A DNA stretch of 40,896 nt from a virus (lineage: Duplodnaviria; Heunggongvirae; Uroviricota; Caudoviricetes): IMG/VR virus record IMGVR_UViG_3300015188_000003, positions 1-40,896 of that record; one strand, written 5' to 3'. Positions 18,281 through 24,684 of the stretch are shown in pieces. Under the pieces are notes generated by a model. The model searched no databases. It was not told the DNA's origin and saw only the letters and a list, made by a program, of their open reading frames with translations. Within the stretch, counting starts at the first letter, position 1. Every line of letters begins with the position of its first letter. A program made the position numbers and the translations under genes.

Positions 18281-18301
18281 AAAAGCCCTCCGTAGAGGGC
18301 T
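18281..18301 (-). terminator. terminator separating the early microgene string from the packaging operon (AGCCCTC-CGTA-GAGGGCT + U-tract)
   Basis: GC hairpin followed on - strand by TTTCTGT. Confidence 0.5.
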
Positions 18302-18311
18302 TGTGGGTTGG

Positions 18312-18467
18312 TTATTCTGTTATATCGCCGCCGTCTACCAGTGCGATTGGTATTCTCACTTCACCGTTGAATGTTTCGGCATACCAGAACTTTTCACACT
18401 GCGTTACGCTGAAAACATCGAGTTCTGACGTAGCCCCTGTTTTCCAGTAGATAGTTAACTTTTTCAT
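18312..18467 (-). CDS. small protein (51 aa), not on ORF track
   Basis: ATGA overlap with upstream gene; AGGAG SD. Confidence 0.4.
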   Translation of the reverse strand: MKKLTIYWKTGATSELDVFSVTQCEKFWYAETFNGEVRIPIALVDGGDITE

Positions 18468-18700
18468 TCTCCACTCTCCTCTTTAGCAATACGTTGCTCA
18501 GTTTTAGTGATACCACGGCGCGTGAATAACACCGGGCTAGTCTTAACGTGCGTCATCAGACGATTGTTATAAATTACGTGGCGCTCACAATCAACGTCTT
18601 TACTGTACTTAGCAATCGTCATTTCGTTGATACCGGTTTGTCGGCATGTCTCCGCCATCGTACCAAATTCTTTAATCAGGTTAGGAATGCTGGTAATCAT
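18464..18700 (-). CDS. hypothetical early protein
   Basis: Track ORF 18464..18724; likely ATG at 18700 (MITSIPNL) via ATGA coupling to upstream ORF. Confidence 0.6.
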   Translation of the reverse strand: MITSIPNLIKEFGTMAETCRQTGINEMTIAKYSKDVDCERHVIYNNRLMTHVKTSPVLFTRRGITKTEQRIAKEESGE

Positions 18701-18867
18701 CCTAAGAAATTCCTCGTTGTCCACATCGCATTCGGATATTTGTTATCGCGGTCCTGCACCACGGCGACCATGTTACCACGTTGCACCAGGCAGAAGTGAC
18801 GCTGTTGCTCGCCGTTGTAACGGCGCCAGATTGCTTCTTCGATTGCTGCGTTGATGTCGCTGAACAT
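18697..18867 (-). CDS. small protein (56 aa), not on ORF track
   Basis: Coupled by ATGA downstream and TAATG upstream. Confidence 0.35.
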   Translation of the reverse strand: MFSDINAAIEEAIWRRYNGEQQRHFCLVQRGNMVAVVQDRDNKYPNAMWTTRNFLG

Positions 18868-18950
18868 TAGTATCTACCCCACAGAAAACCGACCAATAGC
18901 CCAATGAAGTAACTAAGACCAACCAGACTTATAACAACCTCAAGACTCAT
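18867..18950 (-). CDS. hydrophobic 27-aa peptide (single TM helix), not on ORF track
   Basis: MSLEVVISLVGLSYFIGLLVGFLWGRY; stop overlaps next ATG. Confidence 0.3.
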   Translation of the reverse strand: MSLEVVISLVGLSYFIGLLVGFLWGRY

Positions 18951-18954
18951 GCTC

Positions 18955-19152
18955 TCACCCCACTATCTCATCGCCAAGCCACGCCGTTTCTCGTATATCG
19001 TCTACTACACACGCAGCGTGCTCGCGGCTAATCGCAAAAATGTAGAAACTGAACTTCTTCCCATCGGCGTCGATGTGGTTAACCGAGTAAGGTTTCCACA
19101 GGACGCCATCGATAACTACCGGCTCAGGCGTGCTCATCTGGCGCCTCAACAA
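18955..19152 (-). CDS. hypothetical early protein (65 aa)
   Basis: Track ORF in tightly packed leftward string. Confidence 0.55.
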   Translation of the reverse strand: MLRRQMSTPEPVVIDGVLWKPYSVNHIDADGKKFSFYIFAISREHAACVVDDIRETAWLGDEIVG

Positions 19153-19432
19153 GACAACTCAGCATGTCAGTAATCTCCGTCTCAAGCCGTTTTCCTAACG
19201 CCGATTTAGTGCAGTGTTCGGCCCACTCCCCGGATTGCAACAATCCAATCATATTTTCTATGTCAGACGCGATGGCTTGTAGCTCTTTAAACGCCTCTAG
19301 AAGTTCTTTATACGCCTCCAGTTGAAACTCACCGTTAATTGACAGTTGCCCGCCTAACGTCTGTTTCTCCGACTCAAGCACCATAATACGGCGCTCGAGC
19401 GATGCAATTGTGATTTTAGGCATTGGTGTCAC
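19124..19432 (-). CDS. hypothetical early protein, coiled-coil (102 aa)
   Basis: Track ORF. Confidence 0.6.
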   Translation of the reverse strand: MTPMPKITIASLERRIMVLESEKQTLGGQLSINGEFQLEAYKELLEAFKELQAIASDIENMIGLLQSGEWAEHCTKSALGKRLETEITDMLSCLVEAPDEHA

Positions 19433-19601
19433 CTTTGTTCAGGTTGAAGCGGTTAATCAGTTCGCGGCGCGTCTCATAAAGCGACTCCACCATTTGCTCG
19501 GCTACCGCGATTTTATTATTCAGGACGCACATCACGTGGCTAATGTCTACGCCGCCGTTAACGGCCTCTACCATCATCTTTTCATATTCACGGTCAGTCA
19601 T
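19416..19601 (-). CDS. hypothetical early protein (61 aa)
   Basis: Track ORF. Confidence 0.55.
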   Translation of the reverse strand: MTDREYEKMMVEAVNGGVDISHVMCVLNNKIAVAEQMVESLYETRRELINRFNLNKGDTNA

Positions 19602-19755
19602 TTTTACGCTCTCCCCACATGCGGTTGAGATACTTGTTCTTGTCCGGCCCAGGGAAACTGTTACGTTTCATCAGTTCCTCGCGTGTCGGGAACGGGGTGT
19701 GACTCACCTTACGGCCTACTCGTAATGGTTGGCTTACTTGACCTTGTTCGCTCAT
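19594..19755 (-). CDS. small protein (53 aa), not on ORF track
   Basis: ATGA overlap with upstream gene and GGGAGG SD 7 nt upstream. Confidence 0.45.
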   Translation of the reverse strand: MSEQGQVSQPLRVGRKVSHTPFPTREELMKRNSFPGPDKNKYLNRMWGERKND

Positions 19756-19949
19756 TCTACAACCTCCCATTTAACGCCGTGGAAACCATCACCGTCATCG
19801 TTACCAAAGTCTATGAAAATATGGCAGTCGTCGTCGGAGTCTATATAACCGAAACCAGTAGCTGTCGGGTTGTATACATCATACACTTTACCCTCTGTGA
19901 CATAGTCAAGGGCGGCTAACCAGAGAATTTTAGCGGCTTTAACTTTCAT
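19752..19949 (-). CDS. hypothetical acidic early protein (65 aa)
   Basis: Track ORF; ATGA overlaps both sides. Confidence 0.6.
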   Translation of the reverse strand: MKVKAAKILWLAALDYVTEGKVYDVYNPTATGFGYIDSDDDCHIFIDFGNDDGDGFHGVKWEVVE

Positions 19950-20194
19950 TTCTTCTCTCCTGCATAAGCTGCTTTCAGTGTCTGCATAGCAGCGAACCAG
20001 AACGCATCCGCAGGGATATTGCGGCTCAGGTTACTAACGGCGATACGCGCCATCAGTTGTGCGTCTTTGAATGCTTCGGTATCTGTGATTTTCATTGGAA
20101 ATTTACGCATAGCAACCGGGTCATTACCCATAGTCCATGCGATACATTTGGCTTCAAGTTCCTCGGTTATTGCGATTGTCTGTACGTTACTCAT
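19946..20194 (-). CDS. hypothetical early protein (82 aa)
   Basis: Track ORF, first gene after promoter 20228..20256. Confidence 0.6.
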   Translation of the reverse strand: MSNVQTIAITEELEAKCIAWTMGNDPVAMRKFPMKITDTEAFKDAQLMARIAVSNLSRNIPADAFWFAAMQTLKAAYAGEKK

Positions 20195-20227
20195 CTTCTC
20201 TACTCCGTTCTCGTTGTCGATGGAGTA

Positions 20228-20256
20228 AATATAATAGGGTCGTAGGTAATAGTCAA
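20228..20256 (-). promoter_or_regulatory. sigma70-like promoter TTGACT-N17-TATATT (leftward)
   Basis: Immediately downstream of terminator 20277..20310; shares ATAATAGGG with the operator family. Confidence 0.4.
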
Positions 20257-20276
20257 CTAGTCATTGCAGAAAATAG

Positions 20277-20310
20277 ATAAAAAAAATCCCGGCTGGGTCA
20301 GGGCCGGGAT
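20277..20310 (-). terminator. rho-independent terminator after lysis cassette (ATCCCGGC-loop-GCCGGGAT + 9-nt U-run)
   Basis: Perfect 8-bp stem followed on - strand by T9. Confidence 0.8.
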
Positions 20311-20374
20311 AAAACTGGAGAGCAGAGGTATGGAACAGGAGGTGATTTAAGTATCGTCGGATTAGTCTCAGGTG

Positions 20375-20860
20375 TCAACCTTTCACCGCGCGCCCGATAG
20401 CCTCTGCCTCTTGCCACGGTTTACCGTCGAACAGCGCCAGACGACCGGCAGTACGGCGGCGCAGACCAAGTAACGGTCTGCCGTTCTGGTTGATGAACAG
20501 TGTCAGCTTAGCCCGCAGCGTTGCAATATCACCAGAACGCAGTGCCTTACCCGTGCCGGTAGTAGCAGCAATCACACCAGCACCTGCGTTGTATACCAGG
20601 TCGCACACTGCATCGAACTGTGCCTGTGTCAATGAATGGTGTGCTGCTGCGTCAACCGCAGCTACGGCCTTAGCCATATCACGATTCAGTAACAGGAGGC
20701 CTTGTCCCGGGGTGATGGTCTTGCCTGGCGTTACGTCTGGCCCATAATGACCGTACCCAATAGTCAGGTACTTCTCATTTGGCGTAGCACGATACGCAGT
20801 TCCGCGGAATCCCTCGAACGCGGCGGTGAATTTGATGCCATTGTTGCTAATGTTTCTCAT
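20375..20860 (-). CDS. endolysin, GH24 lysozyme-like
   Basis: FEGFRGTAYR...TIGYGH and GL..RR...LF motifs typical of phage lysozymes. Confidence 0.8.
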   Translation of the reverse strand: MRNISNNGIKFTAAFEGFRGTAYRATPNEKYLTIGYGHYGPDVTPGKTITPGQGLLLLNRDMAKAVAAVDAAAHHSLTQAQFDAVCDLVYNAGAGVIAATTGTGKALRSGDIATLRAKLTLFINQNGRPLLGLRRRTAGRLALFDGKPWQEAEAIGRAVKG

Positions 20861-20950
20861 AAAGCACCTTCCCGTAATTTATGGTTCGCGAAAACTCCGG
20901 TATCGGGGTCGTAGTGTAAAACCTCGCGCAGCTTATCTGCGGTAAGTCCA

Positions 20951-21223
20951 TTATCTGAAATATTTCGAGACACGCTTATGTCCTCCGTATGACAGCCACG
21001 CCTGACGAATCTGGCGCAGCGCAACTAATGTGATTAATGTCTCAGGCAGCGTCGGAGACATGCTGCCCTGTAACAGGTGGATACATCCTGCGGCGCAGAC
21101 AATAGCAGTCAGGATATAGAGCACCCGGCCAAATAGCCCGTCGTCAACGCTGGGATGATACACATTAAACAGCGATGTGCCTCCGATTGCCAGCATACCG
21201 CAGAACCAGAATAACTCATTCAT
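20951..21223 (-). CDS. membrane protein with 2 predicted TMDs (second holin/antiholin-like)
   Basis: ATG (MNELFWF) overlaps holin stop as ATGAATGA; two hydrophobic helices; track ORF 20951..21403 has a spurious N-extension. Confidence 0.5.
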   Translation of the reverse strand: MNELFWFCGMLAIGGTSLFNVYHPSVDDGLFGRVLYILTAIVCAAGCIHLLQGSMSPTLPETLITLVALRQIRQAWLSYGGHKRVSKYFR

Positions 21224-21524
21224 CCGGGCCTCCTCGACGTGCGATGTATTCTCCGGCGACGATACCGGACAGACGGGAATAGATAGGCATCCAGAGAATA
21301 GCGATAATGAAGCCCAGGCCTGCGATTTCACGGTCGCCCGTGATTCCAAACCATTGAGCTGCGAGAGGTGCGCCAAATACGGCGCAAGTGAAGCCAGTTG
21401 CAATAAAGCAGAAGCCGTCGATAGGGCCGGAAATAGCGGACTTATGTTGCCTTAGTCCGATTACCCCTCCGGCTAGTGCGGCAGCGAGAAGCCACCCCGT
21501 CACAGTTTCAGTAAATTTATCCAA
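21216..21524 (-). CDS. holin (3 predicted TMDs)
   Basis: TTG start with GGAGG SD; three hydrophobic segments and charged C-terminus; adjacent to endolysin. Confidence 0.65.
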   Translation of the reverse strand: MDKFTETVTGWLLAAALAGGVIGLRQHKSAISGPIDGFCFIATGFTCAVFGAPLAAQWFGITGDREIAGLGFIIAILWMPIYSRLSGIVAGEYIARRGGPDE

Positions 21525-21583
21525 GATGAATCCTCCAGGTGCGTATTAAGTATGCAGTAACTGGAGGATAGCACGGGTAGGAA

Positions 21584-22024
21584 TTATCCTAATAGTTGTT
21601 TGGTAATAATCTTGCCGCCGGTGTCAGGGTCGAACTTCGATGCAACTGCTACACCACCTTGCGCCGAATACCCACATTCCATAGCCGCTAGGGCATAAGG
21701 GGCGCCTGAACCAACGGCGGAAAAGCTGTCCGCAATCTGAATAACCAAACTAAGAGCACAATCCCAAGATTTATAGAACTCCACCCTACACAACGTTTCG
21801 ATGTCTTTAACCCACACCAAGGCAGAGAAATCAAAATCGTAGTGCTTAGGCACTAAAATACTATCGTCCTCCACTAAAAGGATACCAACCCCTGCATCGC
21901 CAGCCGCCCCAATAACAACAAATTCGTTCTCGTATATCTTTGTGTCTGTGTTGTAACAGTTACTCCCGCACACAACACGGGTATCACAGGCCATTGTCTT
22001 TCCGTCAAACGCGATAGTAGTCAT
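21584..22024 (-). CDS. HslV/proteasome beta-like Ntn-hydrolase homologue (146 aa, truncated relative to HslV)
   Basis: Starts MTTIAF (Thr right after Met as in HslV MTTIVSV); VIGAAGDAG and VGSGAPYALAA resemble HslV AGFAGG and IGSGGPYAQAA. Confidence 0.6.
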   Translation of the reverse strand: MTTIAFDGKTMACDTRVVCGSNCYNTDTKIYENEFVVIGAAGDAGVGILLVEDDSILVPKHYDFDFSALVWVKDIETLCRVEFYKSWDCALSLVIQIADSFSAVGSGAPYALAAMECGYSAQGGVAVASKFDPDTGGKIITKQLLG

Positions 22025-22314
22025 TTATGTCTCCAGATGTATTGTCGTCTCTGTGGTTTCGTCGGAATATCATCGTACCCCAGCGATTTCCAGTAATTAA
22101 ATAGCCGGTTCGCGATAGCTGCGCGTTCCTTTGTTTTAAACTCACCGAGATTCACGGCCTTTCCGTTCTGGAATCCACAGGCGCGGATAGCTTTACGCCG
22201 TTCTTGTATCTCTGGGTACAGCACGTTACGGCGACGCTTGTGTATACGTGTCTTCGCTCTCGGTGACAGCGGCGCAAGGCCGCTTCGTTTCAGGATGTCA
22301 GTTGCTAACGACAT
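22021..22314 (-). CDS. small basic protein (97 aa) coupled to HslV-like gene
   Basis: Track ORF 22021..22359; likely ATG (MSLATDILKR) at 22314; ATGA overlap with downstream gene. Confidence 0.55.
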   Translation of the reverse strand: MSLATDILKRSGLAPLSPRAKTRIHKRRRNVLYPEIQERRKAIRACGFQNGKAVNLGEFKTKERAAIANRLFNYWKSLGYDDIPTKPQRRQYIWRHK

Positions 22315-22583
22315 CACTCCACCCCCTCCACATGTGTAACCGACCCGCAGTTCGCGCACTCGACGTAATCAGGGTACTGGTCTTTGTATTTCTGTAGCTC
22401 GGCGTTTACTTCTGCCAGTCTCGACACAAGCCCTTCTATTTCCTTGTCGGCGTCGGCTAGACGTTCCTGGTAATAGTCGTCCAGTTCCTTATAGCTGTCG
22501 TACTCTACATAATCGCCGTATGCGTACTCAGCCATCTCAGGCTCTGGCAGGCCCCACGCTTTTACCTCATATCTCTGTACCAT
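22314..22583 (-). CDS. hypothetical acidic early protein (89 aa)
   Basis: First gene after promoter 22613..22641. Confidence 0.6.
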   Translation of the reverse strand: MVQRYEVKAWGLPEPEMAEYAYGDYVEYDSYKELDDYYQERLADADKEIEGLVSRLAEVNAELQKYKDQYPDYVECANCGSVTHVEGVE

Positions 22584-22612
22584 ATTATCTCTCCTCTCGT
22601 TTGTGTAAATGA

Positions 22613-22641
22613 ATAGTAGCCTATTCTATCTTAGTGTGCAA
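22613..22641 (-). promoter_or_regulatory. sigma70-like promoter TTGCAC-N17-TACTAT with operator 18-mer (22610..22627), leftward
   Basis: Reverse complement matches the 13046..13074 block. Confidence 0.45.
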
Positions 22642-22758
22642 GTAAATTTTATTGGTGTTTGTATTGTTGCATCTCCTGCAATAGCCGCTTCGATTGTTGC
22701 GTTTGGTGAAATAGAACAAAAATGAGAAAAATGATACGCTGCTGTGTAGCAGCGTAGG

Positions 22759-22998
22759 TCACTCAGTAAAATCCCAAACTATTGTTACAGTATAACATAA
22801 CACTTCTGGTGGCTCGGGTAACGGCATCCAGTGCGTCACGTACTTATCGTAGTTATTCCAGAAAGGCTTTCTCCCGTCATCAGGAACGATGTAATAATCG
22901 TGTTGAACTGCGTTATTTAACGTTTCATACACCAGGAACTCTTTATCCGTATACCCATTACCTGGCAGCATCTCACTACACTTAATCCACTCGCCCAT
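22759..22998 (-). CDS. DUF551-like phage protein
   Basis: MGEWIKCSEMLPG... and THWMPLPEPPE resemble the DUF551 signature. Confidence 0.55.
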   Translation of the reverse strand: MGEWIKCSEMLPGNGYTDKEFLVYETLNNAVQHDYYIVPDDGRKPFWNNYDKYVTHWMPLPEPPEVLCYTVTIVWDFTE

Positions 22999-23001
22999 AA
23001 A

Positions 23002-23145
23002 TCACCCCTTATTCATCACAGCTTGCGCACCAGCTTTCCACGCCCGCCACGCAAGACGCGTCTTAACGTTCAGGTACTCTTTCTTCGAACCCTTGTTAAC
23101 CGGCAGACCCTCGACTACGGCCCATCGTTCGAATGCTTCTCTCAT
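23002..23145 (-). CDS. small protein (47 aa), not on ORF track
   Basis: GGAGG SD 8 nt upstream; stop 3 nt before next ATG. Confidence 0.4.
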   Translation of the reverse strand: MREAFERWAVVEGLPVNKGSKKEYLNVKTRLAWRAWKAGAQAVMNKG

Positions 23146-23148
23146 AAC

Positions 23149-23349
23149 TTAGTCCTCCAGAACTTCGCATTCACTTGCATACACAACTACATACCCCGCG
23201 TCACGTTCAATAATGAACATAGCGGAACCGGCGTGTGTAACCTCAAACTCATCTCCTACTGCAACGCCCCAGTAACTAAGCGGCAAATCGTCACCATCGC
23301 GCGGGTCCACATAATCAATATCAGTTATACGAATTCTTATTAACGGCAA
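23149..23349 (-). CDS. hypothetical acidic early protein (66 aa)
   Basis: Track ORF. Confidence 0.55.
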   Translation of the reverse strand: MPLIRIRITDIDYVDPRDGDDLPLSYWGVAVGDEFEVTHAGSAMFIIERDAGYVVVYASECEVLED

Positions 23350-23397
23350 CCTCCCTCAGAGTCGTCGGCACTGGCGCCATGATTCGGCGCCGTGGGT

Positions 23398-23616
23398 TTA
23401 TTTAAAGTAGATAGCGAATTTCTTGTAACCCGCAGGCTCATTACGAAGCCCCTTACCGATAGCGAAACGTTGTACGTTGTTAAAATCGTTTCCATCCATA
23501 CCGTCGGTGCCGAACGTAAAGAAGTTGCGTTTGTTCCCGATAATTACGCGCTCTGAAATATCGATGCCGTAAACTTGTTTGATTGCGGAAACTACGCTTG
23601 CGGTCGCTTTGTTCAT
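23398..23616 (-). CDS. hypothetical early protein (72 aa)
   Basis: First gene downstream of promoter 23651..23679. Confidence 0.6.
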   Translation of the reverse strand: MNKATASVVSAIKQVYGIDISERVIIGNKRNFFTFGTDGMDGNDFNNVQRFAIGKGLRNEPAGYKKFAIYFK

Positions 23617-23650
23617 TTCTAAATTCCTTATGTCTCGTTTCGATAAGTGA

Positions 23651-23679
23651 ATAGTAACCTATTATGTTGGGGTGTGCAA
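23651..23679 (-). promoter_or_regulatory. sigma70-like promoter TTGCAC-N17-TACTAT with operator 18-mer (23648..23665), leftward
   Basis: Reverse complement near-identical to 13046..13077. Confidence 0.45.
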
Positions 23680-23714
23680 GAGAATAGTTACGTTGCCGTT
23701 GTGATTCTTTCGTT

Positions 23715-23777
23715 TCTTAAAAGAGTACGCAACGCAGTGGGTGGGCGTTAGCCCACCCCAGCGGAGTGAAGTACTCT
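23715..23777 (-). terminator. two-tier hairpin (outer AGAGTAC/GTACTCT, inner GGGTGGGC-GTTA-GCCCACCC) with U-rich tail; possible 3' end of transcript from element B
   Basis: Inverted repeats read directly; weak U-tract after outer stem on - strand. Confidence 0.35.
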
Positions 23778-23857
23778 CTACCTTGCTCACGGCAACTATA
23801 GAAACTTTTAATTATCAGTGACTTGGATATTTAGGCGGGATTAACAATAGACTTTGA

Positions 23858-23988
23858 CCCTTCCGAAAGCGTCAGCGGAACTACACTCAAGTGCCTAATG
23901 GCACGCGTTGCGTTCCCTGCCGCTCCGCGGTCGCTTGCGATATCTCACAAGCTCAGTGAAGCTTAGCATATTTTCAAGTAAAAGTCAA
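23858..23988 (-). repeat. conserved ~130-bp intergenic element, copy B (candidate sRNA/leader)
   Basis: Aligned with 12850..12979; shared blocks include CCCTTCCGAA.GCGTCAGCG.AACTACACTCA, CCGCGGTCGCTTG and TCACAAGCTCAG...AAAAGTCAA. Confidence 0.6.
23960..23988 (-). promoter_or_regulatory. candidate leftward promoter TTGACT-N17-TAAGCT inside element B
   Basis: Same boxes and spacing as in copy A. Confidence 0.35.
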
Positions 23989-24035
23989 TACCAGTAGCAT
24001 CTTTTGTATTTTAGTAACTTTGTGTGGTGTTTTGG

Positions 24036-24064
24036 TTGCTTTTACATTCACGCTATCCTATACT
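24036..24064 (+). promoter_or_regulatory. candidate rightward promoter TTGCTT-N17-TATACT for the replication block
   Basis: Only good -35/-10 pair upstream of the first + gene. Confidence 0.4.
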
Positions 24065-24095
24065 CGGTTTCACCAAACAAACAGGAGATATAAAA

Positions 24096-24278
24096 ATGCA
24101 GCATTACATGACACAGAATGAAGTAGCTGAACGTATAGGGGTGACACGTCAGACAATTAATAACTGGTTGCGCAGTGGTAAATTCCCGGATTGTTGTATT
24201 AAGGTTATGGGTCGCCGTTTACCAGGAACATTTGACCGTAATAAAGTTGAAGCATGGATTAAGGAGAACGTGAAATGA
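24096..24278 (+). CDS. small HTH DNA-binding protein (AlpA/excisionase-type fold, regulator)
   Basis: MTQNEVAERIGVTRQTINNWL helix-turn-helix; ATG with AGGAG SD (track start 24024 is GTG). Confidence 0.7.
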   Translation: MQHYMTQNEVAERIGVTRQTINNWLRSGKFPDCCIKVMGRRLPGTFDRNKVEAWIKENVK

Positions 24279-24487
24279 TTGGACGTATGGGTTGTTACTT
24301 TGAAAACTGTAAAGTTAAATACTGGTTTAAGTTTGCGTCGGAAATTACTGACAGCGGATTCTATGTGGAAATATGTAAGCCTAATAATTTGTCGGAACCT
24401 ACGCGCATTATTAAGATGTCAGCAGACGTGTTAAGTAAATGCCGCTTCTATGATTCCGAGCACGCGTGGTTTTCTGGTTGTAAATAA
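24275..24487 (+). CDS. Cys-rich hypothetical protein (70 aa)
   Basis: ATGA overlap with upstream gene; AT-rich. Confidence 0.6.
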   Translation: MIGRMGCYFENCKVKYWFKFASEITDSGFYVEICKPNNLSEPTRIIKMSADVLSKCRFYDSEHAWFSGCK

Positions 24488-24555
24488 AAGAAACCCCAAC
24501 GCCAGAACGTCGGGGCTAAAGTACAAATCATCAAAGTAAGCATAAGGATTATACA

Positions 24556-24684
24556 ATGACAAAGTTAATAGTTCCACAGCTACGCCGCCAGAAACACGGC
24601 GCTGACTTCTTCGCACCGGTAAAGATGAACCGCGCAATGCGCCGTATGCAGGAAGCCTTAGAACGTGCGGAGAAAAAGAAATGA
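24556..24684 (+). CDS. small basic protein (42 aa), not on ORF track
   Basis: AAGGA SD; stop overlaps primase ATG (ATGA). Confidence 0.4.
   Translation: MTKLIVPQLRRQKHGADFFAPVKMNRAMRRMQEALERAEKKK

Noticed and set aside
20847-20951. Possible 34-aa ORF between the second membrane protein and endolysin
   Set aside because: Coupled at both ends but largely coincides with the endolysin ribosome-binding region and has no distinctive features; too weak to call.
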